Shown: positions 11,843 to 24,233 of the stretch, one piece after another
Layout of the letters: each line of letters begins with the position of its first letter
How positions within the stretch are numbered: position 1 is the first letter of the stretch
Assembly (NCBI GenBank): GCA_019650635.1
Contig: BOXE01000001.1
Coordinates: 1,196 to 65,195, forward strand
Source: Alphaproteobacteria bacterium
GTDB lineage: Bacteria; Pseudomonadota; Alphaproteobacteria; Methylaequorales; Methylaequoraceae
Reading direction: 5' to 3'
DNA: 64,000 bases
Translations under genes and position numbers: made by a program
Notes under the pieces: generated by a model
Seen by the model: the letters and a program-made list of their open reading frames with translations, nothing else
Told to the model about the DNA's origin: nothing
Databases searched by the model: none

Positions 11843-12428
11843 TTAGTTTTTTAAGAGCAATACTTCTATGATCAATAAATATTTTGTCAGAATGTTCCAT
11901 TTCAGCAAAAGTTTTTTCGTAACCTTCAGGAATAAAAAATGGGTCATAACCGAAGCCATTTTTTCCTTTAGGTGGCCAGACTATTTTTCCTTTAACTTCA
12001 CCAAGATATGAATAAATTAAATTCTTAGAAAATTTTATAGAAAGACAACAAGTAAATTTTGCTGAAAAATCTTTATTTTTTTTTTTTTTAACATCTGAAT
12101 ATATCTTCTCCATTGCTTCGAACCATCCACCACAATTTTTTTGAAATCTTGATGAGTATATTCCTGGCTTCCCTCCCAGACTACTTACACTCAACCCAGA
12201 ATCATCAGATATCGCAATATACTTGTCAGGAATACTTTTAACCTTAATTAACGAATTTTCTTGGAAAGACTTTCCTGTCTCTTTAACATCTTTAATTCCG
12301 ATATCATTTGAGGTTATAATCTTCAAGTTGTAATCTGCAAGAAGTGTTTTAAATTCATTAATTTTTCCTTCATTGTGGCTTGCTATTACAATTTTGTCAC
12401 CTCTACAAAATTTATTACTTAATTGCAT
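11817..12428 (-). CDS. rdgB: Non-canonical purine NTP pyrophosphatase
   Basis: ASHNEGK, ETG.SF.EN, DDSGL, GFGYDP, HR. Confidence 0.95.
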   Translation of the reverse strand: MQLSNKFCRGDKIVIASHNEGKINEFKTLLADYNLKIITSNDIGIKDVKETGKSFQENSLIKVKSIPDKYIAISDDSGLSVSSLGGKPGIYSSRFQKNCGGWFEAMEKIYSDVKKKKNKDFSAKFTCCLSIKFSKNLIYSYLGEVKGKIVWPPKGKNGFGYDPFFIPEGYEKTFAEMEHSDKIFIDHRSIALKKLIKLHLSDS

Positions 12429-13121
12429 CTTTTTGAATTTTAAAAATATTTTTCATAGATCTTTCGGTCTTGGCAATCATCTCCGTTACAGAATTTAAAT
12501 TAAATGTATTTTCTTCGCCTGATATTTGAATCTCTGAAAACCCCGATTTTTTGGATAAAACAAAATTTGCATCGACTTGAGCCGCTGAATCTTCATCATA
12601 ATCAAGGTCAATTAAAATTTTTTCGTTTACTATTCCACATGAAATAGCTGCAACAAAATCCTTTATTGGATTTTTCTTTATTAAACCCTTTTGCACAAAC
12701 TTTTTTATAGCTAAACATAAAGCCACATAACCGCCAGTTATGCTTGCAGTTCTGGTACCGCCATCTGCTTGAAGAACGTCACAATCAATAATAATTTGGT
12801 ATCCCGTTAGTTTTTCCAGGTCAACAACTGATCTTAAGGACCTTCCTATTAATCTTTGTATTTCTACAGTTCTTCCAGACTGTTTGCCAACTTTTGATTC
12901 TCTCTTGTTTCTCGAATTAGTTGATCCTGGAAGCATTCCGTACTCTGCTGTAATCCATCCAGTTTTTTTCTCTTCAACCATTTTGGGATGTCTTCATCGA
13001 TGCTCGCGTTGCATATCACTTTTGTCATGCATAATTAATAATACATGAACCGTCTGCTTTTTATTTAGTCAACCCTAGGAGATCTTTTTCGGTTCATATT
13101 TTTCCTATTGAATTTTCTCAC
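12415..13121 (-). CDS. rph: Ribonuclease PH (5' part frameshifted)
   Basis: GWITAEYGMLP, EIQRLIGRSLR, QADGGTRTASITG. Confidence 0.95.
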
Positions 13122-13202
13122 GTCAAAATATACTTAGTTTAAGGGTTTTGTATTTTTAATAAGTATGACAAAAAAAACAATCCCAAATTATTAAAAAAAG
13201 CA

Positions 13203-14240
13203 TTGATTTAAAGTCATATATTTTTGATTTAGATCAAGATCAAAGCAATATTTAAGTTGATTGTGAATGATTTTCTAAGGAGGAAAACCTGTTGGTTCAA
13301 GAAAATTATCAATAAAAATGGGAGAAGCTTTCAGCGGCATCAGTCAGAATGTAATGTTTGATTTACAAAGGGTGGACTTTTAAGATCCAACATACATCTC
13401 AGGAAGGAGTCCAACAGATTTAGGTTTGAGATTCTTTGTTGATGGTTTGTTACAGGTTGGGAGAATAACCAAAAAATCAATGTACAGAAATACAAAAGGT
13501 AATTAACAAACAAACTCAGAACGTAGAGGAAATGTTTAGTGAAACGAGTTTTTTATTGTCAGGCTTGTTAGACTGTGCAGGAATAGTTTTAGCTCCAAAG
13601 TTAGAGGGTTATATAAAACATATTGAGTTTGTTCCAGTAAGCAACGAAAAAGCTCTTGTTATTTTAGTAACAGACTCTGGAATAATTGAAAATAGAATTA
13701 TTGAAGTCCTAAAGGATTGCCTCCTTCATTGTTAATAGAGACAACAAATTATTTAAATTCAATAATAAAGGGAAAACCTTGAGGAAAGCAGAGAAATTAT
13801 AAGCTCCAAATTAAAAATGACAGAAGAACTATAGACAAAGTGACTAAAAATCTTATTGATCAAGGATTTGCATGCTGGGACGATGCAAGCAAAAAAATAA
13901 ATTAATTGTACAGGTACATCAAACTATTAGATGATGTAAAAGTAATGGAGCAGCTTGAAGATGTTAGATTATTAATTGAAAAGTTAGAGAATAAAAAAAT
14001 CTTGTTGGTGTCATAGATGAAACACTTCAAGCAGAGGGACTACAAATCTTTATTGGCTCCGAAAACAATTTGTTTGGTCTAACTGGCTGTTCAACAATTA
14101 TAAGCCCCTTTAAAAATAAAAAAAAAGAAATAATTGGAGCCATAGGAGTAATAGGTCCCATGAGAATAAATTATGCTAAAATTATTCCTGTAGTTGATTA
14201 TACTGCAAAATTAATCGGTGAAAAATTTGAGATTAAATAA
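13203..14240 (+). CDS. hrcA: Heat-inducible transcription repressor (heavily frameshifted; start approximate)
   Basis: Fragments PVGSR, PTDLGLRFFVDGL, KHIEFV, IFIGSEN, GVIGPMRINY; located between rph and grpE. Confidence 0.85.
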
Positions 14241-14260
14241 TACAAATTAAAGGAGACAAG

Positions 14261-14857
14261 ATGAAAAAATCCACTACAGAAAATGAAAAAAAAATGGACA
14301 AAACATTTGACAAAAAAGAGTTAAAAAAAGAAGCAAAAATATCTAAAAATCAACAAGGCTCTGAAACTAACAATCAAAAAATTATTGCAGATTTGAAAAT
14401 TAAACTAAAAGAAGCTGAAGACAAGCTTCTTAGAGAGTTGGCTGAAAATGAAAATTTGCGAAAAAGGCATGAAAAGGAGTCTCAAGAAAATTTAAAGTAT
14501 GCAATAAGAAATTTTTCTACGGAATTATTAAGTGTGACTGACAACTTTCAAAGGGCCCTTAGTTCAATACCGAGAGAAAATTTAGGGGAAAACGTAATGT
14601 TAAAAAATCTTGTTATAGGCCTTGAAGCAGTTGAAAAAGAAATCTATGAGATTTTTGAAAGAAATGGTGTTGTTCGTTTTGAATCTCTGGAGAAGAAGTT
14701 TAACCCAGAAATTCACCAAGCAGTTTCCAAAAAGAATAGTGATAAACCGGAGGGAACAATAATTGAAGAGTTAGCAAAAGGTTTTATGATAGGAGAACGA
14801 CTCTTAAGACCAGCAATGGTTGTTGTTTCTTCAGGAAAAAACCAAGAAGAGAAATAA
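14261..14857 (+). CDS. grpE: Nucleotide exchange factor GrpE
   Basis: AENENLRKR, FNPEIHQA, RLLRPAMVVV. Confidence 0.97.
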   Translation: MKKSTTENEKKMDKTFDKKELKKEAKISKNQQGSETNNQKIIADLKIKLKEAEDKLLRELAENENLRKRHEKESQENLKYAIRNFSTELLSVTDNFQRALSSIPRENLGENVMLKNLVIGLEAVEKEIYEIFERNGVVRFESLEKKFNPEIHQAVSKKNSDKPEGTIIEELAKGFMIGERLLRPAMVVVSSGKNQEEK

Positions 14858-15015
14858 ATTTTTAAACATCAAATTTTCGAAGCACGATTTTAATTTTGCA
14901 ATCTCTCAGGAAACAATCAAAATTACAAGCATCTATAATATTTTTTCTCACTTTTTGGTTTTTTTTCTTGATTTGAAGTAGCTACTTATAATATAAAAAG
15001 TATAGCTTTATTAAC

Positions 15016-15053
15016 AATTAATGTTTAATGCCTTTTAGGGTTAAATGTTAATT
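15016..15053 (+). promoter_or_regulatory. 17-bp stem-loop in dnaK 5' leader
   Basis: AATTAATGTTTAATGCCT-TTT-AGGGTTAAATGTTAATT pairs with one bulge and three G-U pairs. Confidence 0.5.
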
Positions 15054-15070
15054 CTGTCCATAAGAACTAG

Positions 15071-17067
<1,997 letters not shown>

Positions 17068-17079
17068 CTCTTTAGTAAT

Positions 17080-18201
17080 ATGCCAAAAAATGATTATTAT
17101 GATGTCCTTGGTGTTTCTAAGGATTCCGATTCTGCAACCATCAAGAGTTCATACCGCAAGTTAGCTATGAAATATCACCCTGACAAAAATCAGGGTGATC
17201 AAGAGGCTGAGACTAAGTTCAAAGAAATCTCAGAGGCTTATGAGGTCCTATCTAACCCAGAAAAAAAAGAAGCTTATGATACTTACGGACATGATGCCTT
17301 TTCACAAACTGGTGGAGGGTTCTCCGAAGGTTTTGGTGGTGGCTTTGGAAATTTTTCCGACATATTTGAAGACTTCTTTGGAGATTTAGGGGGAAGGTCT
17401 TCAAAAAGAAGGGAACAAAGAGGGCAAGATTTAAAATACGAAATTGATGTTGATTTGAGGGAAGCTTACACTGGAACAAAAAAAGAAATTTCTTTTGATA
17501 CCCTTATAAGATGCAGCGACTGCAATGGTTCAGGTTCTGAAAAAGGAAACGGACTGAGAGACTGCGATGTTTGTGGAGGGTCAGGAAGAACAAGGGCTTC
17601 TCAGGGTTTTTTCACCGTTGAACGAACATGCTCCTCTTGTGGTGGCGCAGGGCAGGTAATTACGGACCCCTGTAATACGTGTAGTGGAGAGGGAAGAAGA
17701 AGAAAAAATAGAAAACTTGAAGTGAATATTCCTGCTGGAGTTGAGGATGGAAGCAGAATTAGACTTTCTGGAGAGGGTGCTGTAGGTCAGAATGGCTCAT
17801 CACCAGGAGATCTCTATTTGTTTGTAAGTATGCCTGAACATTCAATTTTTGGAAGAAATGGTACTGAGATATTTTGCAACGTTCCAATTTCTATTGTCGA
17901 CGCATCGCTTGGAGGTTCAGTTGAAGTTCCAACAGTTTCAGGTGGAAAAGTTAAAGTAAAAGTTCCAGCTGGTTCTCAGCATGGTGATCAATTTAGGTTG
18001 AATGGAAAAGGGATGCCAACAATTAGGTCAACATCATTTGGTGACATGATCATTTCATTGATAGTTGAAATTCCAAAAAATTTATCAGAAAATCAGAAAA
18101 GATTACTTAATGAATTTAATGAAGAGCTCAATCAAAATAATAGTCCAGAAAAGTCAGGTTTTTTCTCAAAAGTAAAAGACTTTTGGGATGGTTTAACCTA
18201 A
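17080..18201 (+). CDS. dnaJ: Chaperone DnaJ
   Basis: HPD J-domain, G/F region, four CxxCxGxG repeats. Confidence 0.98.
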   Translation: MPKNDYYDVLGVSKDSDSATIKSSYRKLAMKYHPDKNQGDQEAETKFKEISEAYEVLSNPEKKEAYDTYGHDAFSQTGGGFSEGFGGGFGNFSDIFEDFFGDLGGRSSKRREQRGQDLKYEIDVDLREAYTGTKKEISFDTLIRCSDCNGSGSEKGNGLRDCDVCGGSGRTRASQGFFTVERTCSSCGGAGQVITDPCNTCSGEGRRRKNRKLEVNIPAGVEDGSRIRLSGEGAVGQNGSSPGDLYLFVSMPEHSIFGRNGTEIFCNVPISIVDASLGGSVEVPTVSGGKVKVKVPAGSQHGDQFRLNGKGMPTIRSTSFGDMIISLIVEIPKNLSENQKRLLNEFNEELNQNNSPEKSGFFSKVKDFWDGLT

Positions 18202-18210
18202 AGTTGTAAA

Positions 18211-18993
18211 ATGAAAAAAATTAAAATTGGAATTTTTGGTCCCGGAGGAAGAATGGGGAGCGATCTTCTAGAACAAATTGAAAATTTCAACTCATTAGAA
18301 CTCTCTGTTTTATGCGAAAAGGAAAAGCATAAAGATGTTGGAAAAACAGTTTCAGGTATCGTGATTGGAGATGATATAAATAATTTAATCAAATGCAGTG
18401 ATGTTATTATTGATTTTACCATTCCCGCAGCTACCATCAATTTATTAAAGGTGATGCACGATTTAAAAACAAAAACAGCTTTAGTGACTGGAACTACTGG
18501 ATACACTAAAACAGAAGAGAAGAAATTTCAGGGATTAGTTAATGGCAGAAAAGTTTTACGATCATTTAATATGAGCATTGGAATAAATTTAATGAAAAAT
18601 TTAATCAAAGCTGCTTCTAAAAATATTTCTTCTCAGTCTGATATTGAGATAGTTGAAATCCATCACAACAAAAAAAAAGATATACCGTCTGGAACAGCTA
18701 TTTCTCTGGCTAAATCAGTTCAAGAGGGTTTTAAAGGGATTGCTAAGTTTTCATATAGAGAAGAAAATAAAAATAAAGCGAGAGGAAAGAACGAGATTGG
18801 TTTTGCTTCGATCCGAGGTGGAGACGTAATAGGAGAACACACAGTTTATTTTTTTTTAAATGGAGAAAGAATTGAATTAAAACACATGGCATCAAGTAGA
18901 AAAATTTTTTCAGTTGGAGCTTTAAAGGCTGCAAGTTGGTTGCACCAAAAAAAGGCAGGCTTGTATACAATTTCAGATATGCTAAAAGAGTAG
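18211..18993 (+). CDS. dapB: 4-hydroxy-tetrahydrodipicolinate reductase
   Basis: GRMG, IDFT, GTTG, EIHHNKKKDIPSGTA, RGGDVIGEH. Confidence 0.97.
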   Translation: MKKIKIGIFGPGGRMGSDLLEQIENFNSLELSVLCEKEKHKDVGKTVSGIVIGDDINNLIKCSDVIIDFTIPAATINLLKVMHDLKTKTALVTGTTGYTKTEEKKFQGLVNGRKVLRSFNMSIGINLMKNLIKAASKNISSQSDIEIVEIHHNKKKDIPSGTAISLAKSVQEGFKGIAKFSYREENKNKARGKNEIGFASIRGGDVIGEHTVYFFLNGERIELKHMASSRKIFSVGALKAASWLHQKKAGLYTISDMLKE

Positions 18994-18995
18994 TC

Positions 18996-19556
18996 ATGTT
19001 TTTTCATAAAAAATTAAATATTTTTCTAATTTTATTTTTTTTAATAGTTTCATGCGAAAATAAAGTTTCTGAAACTGACCTAAAAGAATACAAAGAAATT
19101 ATGGATATTAGGCTTGGTCATTTAGGAAATGCAATTATCCTTCAAGGTAGATTGTTGGATGCTTTTAACCTAAGAAATGACAGAGCAGATGAAGATCATT
19201 TCAAGGAGGCCGAAGAATTAATACAAGGGCATCTAAAGTCTTTTGGTAGACCAGACGATTTAAGAAAGCTCGATATTCCTAATTCAGCTAAATTAAATGA
19301 AGTTCATAATTCTTTAATTGAAGTGTCTGAACTATTAATAGCCGCAACTAACGCTCTTGAAGATAATGCTTGGCTTGGGGGCTCAGTTTCTTTTGCAGAG
19401 CGAAATCTAGATGTAGCTAGATTTAATTTTCAAAATGCTGTTAAATTCGTATACCAAGTAACAGATGAAAATGAGATAAGACCCGTCACGGAATATGAAG
19501 AATATGATGTAGGTGATATTCCAGACGAGTTTAAGAAACTAAATCAGAATAAGTAG
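18996..19556 (+). CDS. Hypothetical lipoprotein
   Basis: ATG 3 nt after dapB stop; MFFHKK, hydrophobic stretch and LIVSC lipobox; intact ORF. Confidence 0.75.
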   Translation: MFFHKKLNIFLILFFLIVSCENKVSETDLKEYKEIMDIRLGHLGNAIILQGRLLDAFNLRNDRADEDHFKEAEELIQGHLKSFGRPDDLRKLDIPNSAKLNEVHNSLIEVSELLIAATNALEDNAWLGGSVSFAERNLDVARFNFQNAVKFVYQVTDENEIRPVTEYEEYDVGDIPDEFKKLNQNK

Positions 19557-19557
19557 G

Positions 19558-20472
19558 TTAATTACTCTTTACAAACATTGAACGATTTGTCACCCATCCT
19601 CCAATAACAATTAAAAGAAGACCATAAATCATATTTTCAGTTAAGTTCTCATCCAAAAAAATATATCCCCACAAAGACCCAAAGCATGGAATAAGAAAAT
19701 TACTTTGACTCGCAAAAACAGCTGATTTGATCTTAATAAGATTAAAGAAAATCAAAATTGCAAATCCTGTACATACAATTCCCAATACTGTAGCTGAGAG
19801 AAAACTCTCGAATGAAATATTAAGTAATAATTGTTTTTCAAAATTGTTTAAAGAAATAAAATTAAGAATAAAAATAGGAAAAGCTAATAACATTGCTAAA
19901 ATAGTTGTAAAGGCAGCAATTTCAATTGGAGAGTTGTCTTGTATTTTCTTTACAAAATTTGCTGATAGTCCATAAAAAAAAGCTGACAAAATTATTAATA
20001 AAGAAAAATTAAACGCTACTGATTCAAGTGAGATTCCAAACGGATTTATAAAAATTAACATACCAATAAAACCGAATAATAAACCTATAATACTTACAAA
20101 ATCTAAACTTTTATTTTTTGATACAAAATAAGCAATTATATATGTAAAAAGTGGCATTGTGCCTATAAGAGAAGCAGCAACGATACTTTCCACGTAAATT
20201 TCGCTTAAACTTATTAAATTAAAGGGAAGAACATTCCCAAAAATCGCAACGCCAAATAGTAGTTTTTTATTATTGGCGAAAATACCTTTAAGAAATCCTT
20301 TTTTACAAAAACAAATGAGAAACAGTGAAGCAACAAAAAGTCTATAAAAAGTCAAAAGACTAGGAGGAATACTTACAATACTTATTTTAATGAATAGGAA
20401 TGAACTTCCCCAAATTGCTGACAGTAAAATTAATGATATGTAGCTCTGAAAGGTTAAATTAAAATGTTTCAG
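19558..20472 (-). CDS. DMT/EamA family transporter
   Basis: Frame extends upstream of the listed ORF through AIWGSSFLFIK; about 10 hydrophobic segments; start codon uncertain. Confidence 0.85.
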   Translation of the reverse strand: MKHFNLTFQSYISLILLSAIWGSSFLFIKISIVSIPPSLLTFYRLFVASLFLICFCKKGFLKGIFANNKKLLFGVAIFGNVLPFNLISLSEIYVESIVAASLIGTMPLFTYIIAYFVSKNKSLDFVSIIGLLFGFIGMLIFINPFGISLESVAFNFSLLIILSAFFYGLSANFVKKIQDNSPIEIAAFTTILAMLLAFPIFILNFISLNNFEKQLLLNISFESFLSATVLGIVCTGFAILIFFNLIKIKSAVFASQSNFLIPCFGSLWGYIFLDENLTENMIYGLLLIVIGGWVTNRSMFVKSN

Positions 20473-20945
20473 ATCTTACTCATTTTGTTATTTAAAAGTT
20501 GTAATGCCGATTCAATTTGTGTGAGCAGTTTCCTTTTATCGTTATAATTTAGAAATGAACCTAGAAGAACAACCTTGTCTTTAGACTTGACTATTAAATT
20601 ATGTTGATGTCTTGCGGGATTAGATATCTCAACTTTCGTCCAATAAGGCTCAAGGTTCCAGGTTTGTTTTTTTCCAGATGGAAAATTTCGCGTAATGAGT
20701 AAGTTCTGTTGAATAATTTTGACAGTTTCAAAAATTTCGCCAGATTTGTAGTTTATTTTAAAGGCATAGTAAAGAAGTAATACGTCTAACCCTAAAAAAC
20801 CGAAAACTGGCCATGCTCCTATATACCAGAAGAAAACCCCAACGAGAAAAAAAATTAATGAGACAATAAACATTAAGTTTCTGAATCCTTTTTTGGATAA
20901 GCTTCTGTAAGGAAGTACAGTTATGTCCAGAAAAGTTTTTTCCAT
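20469..20945 (-). CDS. DUF2244 family membrane protein
   Basis: PYRSLS, GAWPVFGFLGLDV, PYW, GSFL. Confidence 0.85.
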   Translation of the reverse strand: MEKTFLDITVLPYRSLSKKGFRNLMFIVSLIFFLVGVFFWYIGAWPVFGFLGLDVLLLYYAFKINYKSGEIFETVKIIQQNLLITRNFPSGKKQTWNLEPYWTKVEISNPARHQHNLIVKSKDKVVLLGSFLNYNDKRKLLTQIESALQLLNNKMSKI

Positions 20946-21051
20946 AGTAGTAATATATAAATAATTTTTTTTATTTTTTAAAGTTAAATTTCTGTGAAAT
21001 ATGTTTGAAATTCTATACTATCTAAATTTAAATTATAAAGGAAAAAATTTT

Positions 21052-22020
21052 ATGAATAAAAAAATTTTAGGAATGGGAAATGCTGTTTTAGATATTGTGT
21101 CCTCTGTTTCAGACGATTTTCTGGCAAGTGCAAATTTAACAAAAGGGGCTATGACATTGGTAGACCAGAATGTATCTGATAAGATTTTAAAAGAAATTAA
21201 CCCAATAAAAAAAGATTCTGGCGGGTCAGTAGCAAATACAATGGTGGGAATCTCACTTCTAGGATTAAATTCATTTTTCTGTGGAAAAGTCAGAGACGAT
21301 GAGCTTGGCGACGAATTTATTTCAGATATGGAAAAAACTAAAACTAAATTTCTTTGCAAACAATCCACTCAAGGTTTGCCGACTGCAAGATGTATAGTTT
21401 TTGTTTCACCAGACGGTGAACGCTCAATGCAAACTTTCTTAGGAGCGAGTACAACTCTTGGGAAAGAGGATATAAAATCTGATTTTTTTAATGATATAGA
21501 TTATTTATTAATTGAAGGTTACTTATGGAGTTCAGAAAGTGCAAGAGAGGCAATCTATAAGGCTATCGAAATTGCGAAGATTAAAAAAATTAAAATAGTT
21601 TTTTCACTATCTGATCCAAACTTAGTGAAGATGTACAGAGATGATTTTCTAAAACTGTTAAAGTCTGAGATAAATATTTTAATAGGTAACGAACATGAAT
21701 TTAAAGAATTATTAGGTAATGACAATTTATTAAATTTTTTAAAAACACAGACAGTTGAAATTTTACTTAAAACAATGGGTGATAAGGGTGTTGAAGTTGT
21801 TGATTCTCATGGATCTGAAATAATACCTTCATTCCAAGTTGAATCGGTATTAGATACCACAGGAGCTGGAGATATGTTTGCTGCGGGATTTTTATACAAG
21901 TTATTAAAAGGTGAGTCTCCAAAAAAATCTGCTTTATTTGGTTGCAAAGTTGCGTCATTGATAATTCAGCAATACGGAGCAAGACTAACAGAAGAGACTT
22001 TGAGCAATTTAGCTAACTAG
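21052..22020 (+). CDS. PfkB family (adenosine/sugar) kinase
   Basis: GNAVLD, GGSVAN, DGERSM, DTTGAGD. Confidence 0.92.
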   Translation: MNKKILGMGNAVLDIVSSVSDDFLASANLTKGAMTLVDQNVSDKILKEINPIKKDSGGSVANTMVGISLLGLNSFFCGKVRDDELGDEFISDMEKTKTKFLCKQSTQGLPTARCIVFVSPDGERSMQTFLGASTTLGKEDIKSDFFNDIDYLLIEGYLWSSESAREAIYKAIEIAKIKKIKIVFSLSDPNLVKMYRDDFLKLLKSEINILIGNEHEFKELLGNDNLLNFLKTQTVEILLKTMGDKGVEVVDSHGSEIIPSFQVESVLDTTGAGDMFAAGFLYKLLKGESPKKSALFGCKVASLIIQQYGARLTEETLSNLAN

Positions 22021-22249
22021 TTAAAAAAAAGTTAATTATTCCAAATGCAAAAATTGGTATTTGAAAACCAAAATTTGTGAGAATCGCTTTATCTCTTAAT
22101 AGGTAGCCGCTAACACTCCAGAATATAACACCTGAGCCATGTAAAAAAATATTTAAAGGATAGTAATTAAGGTTTGTCAAAAGTATGCCACTTAAGACAA
22201 GGATGGTACCTATCCACTTATTTACTTCTGCAATTTTATTCATCAGCAA
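22013..22249 (-). CDS. Small membrane protein of unknown function
   Basis: 78-aa hydrophobic ORF (KWIGT...YPLNI...W...D.AILTNF) filling the gap. Confidence 0.65.
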   Translation of the reverse strand: MLMNKIAEVNKWIGTILVLSGILLTNLNYYPLNIFLHGSGVIFWSVSGYLLRDKAILTNFGFQIPIFAFGIINFFLTS

Positions 22250-22291
22250 GATAATTTCATAAGATATGATTATATTATGGTTTTGGCCTCT

Positions 22292-24182
22292 TTAATAATC
22301 GATTATTGTTTTTAACTTTCTTAGTACCAAGTTAACAGGAATAGCATTAATATTTTTAGATTTAAAGGTCTTTTGAGAAGATATTGAAACATGAAGAGGA
22401 TTACCAATTGGAGAAAACTTTTCAGAATCAGTCGGTCCAAAAAGAGTTAAGGTTGGAGTCCCAGTCGAGGAAATTAAATGACCACATCCTGTGTCGTTAC
22501 TTATCCCTGCTTTGCAATTTTTTACAATTTTAATTGTTTCCATTGGGTTATTGCTTTTGAAAATTTTTATCTTTCCCCCCAAACTCTCTAATTAAATTTC
22601 TTTCTAGATCAGTTTCTTTCGGGCCTAAAATGAAGATTGGAAGAAGATTCCTTCTTATTAAATGTTCTGCAATATCAATGAAATTCTCAAAGGCCCATCG
22701 TTTCCAAATAACCGAAGCACCAGGACAAATAGCAATTTTATTGTTATTAACCTTATTGTTAAGATTTGAAAATTTGACTTTTGTGGGACTGAGAACTTCA
22801 GAGAGATTTACTAAGTGTTGACTAATATTTTTTTCGTCAGGATTTTCTGGAATTAAATCAGAAAACAAGTAATTTGCACATGAAGAAACAAAAATTTTAG
22901 TTTTAATTTTTTGTAAGATAAGGGTGGTTAAAAATCTTTTTTGTGTATCTATAACGATATCATAAGTTCCAAATTTATTTTTTTTAAATAAATCAAGAAT
23001 ATTTGAACCAAAATCTTCTTCATAAATATTATCTATGAGGCCTGAAGCAATAGAACTTAGCTCGGTTCTAAAAATTGAATTTCCTTTTCCTGCTAACCAC
23101 GTTATTTGTGCATTAGGAAATATTTGTCTAAGACATTTAAGAAGAGGTAGTTTTAACAAAGCATCTCCTAGTAAGTCTAATCCAACATAAACTAAAATTT
23201 TTACTTTCGATTTATCCTTTTTTTGGATTTTTCTTATTTCTTCATTGGAAACCCAAGTTCTGAATACCTGATAACGAACAACTTTAGGATCAATCATTGG
23301 GTTAACTTTGCTGAAACAATATGTGAGAAGAAATTTATTAAAAAGTTTTTCTTTATTTACTCTTCTTCTCCAAGATAAACACCGTGCAACTATCTTTCTT
23401 AGCGCTTTCCTTTTCAATGCTTTATTCACAAATGTTGCCTTTTCTAAAAAATTAAGAGTTGCTATTGAGAGGTCATAAAGTGTTTGAGCATTATTACTCA
23501 TTATCCTTTCTTTTATGAAAGAAGGTCCAACACATATAATTTTCTCAGTAGAAAAAACATTGAACTTTCTGGAGGTTTTTGAAATATATTGATTCCCAGC
23601 GACACGAAGCGGAAGTGAATAATCTTGAACAAAAACAGTTTCATCGCAGCCCTTTACCTCTAAAATAGTTTCGGTTCTAATCATGAGATTGCTCGACCCA
23701 CCCCAACCATTTACAAGAAACTTTTCAAATGTATTTTGAATTTCTGAAGATTCAGGCTTATTATTTATGAAATTATATTTGCTAGGATCTGGACTCCAAT
23801 CCCAATCACCATACAAAAGATCGATATCTTTTTTTTGCATTTGTGATTTCATATATTTCAAACTATCTGGAGCGAGTATATCGTCGCCATCTAAAAGTTT
23901 GATATAGGAATACTTTACAAACTTAAGAGCATTATTTGTCGCGATACTTGGTCCGGTATTTTTTTGAGTAAAAATTTTGTAATCAACTTTTTTTTTCCTG
24001 AGGAAATCTTTTGCAATTTTAAATGAACGATCTTTGGAACCGTCATCTACAACGATGACTTGATATTTTTCAGATTCTTCAAATTGATTTGTAGCGGAGT
24101 TTAAAGTTTGTAGAATATATTCTTCTTTATTATATAACGTGACAATTATTGATATGCCGTCTTTATATTTTACTCTTTGCAC
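22292..24182 (-). CDS. Two-domain glycosyltransferase, GT2 plus GT9/heptosyltransferase-like (frameshift ~22575)
   Basis: SIIVTLYN, VVDDGSKD, LDGDD (GT2); LGDALL, FPNAQITWL, ICPGAS.KRW, SNDTGCGH, LFGPT (GT9). Confidence 0.8.
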
Positions 24183-24233
24183 TAAAGATTCCCTTAATCT
24201 TTCTTCTCCTCATTTTTAAATATTATCACAAGT

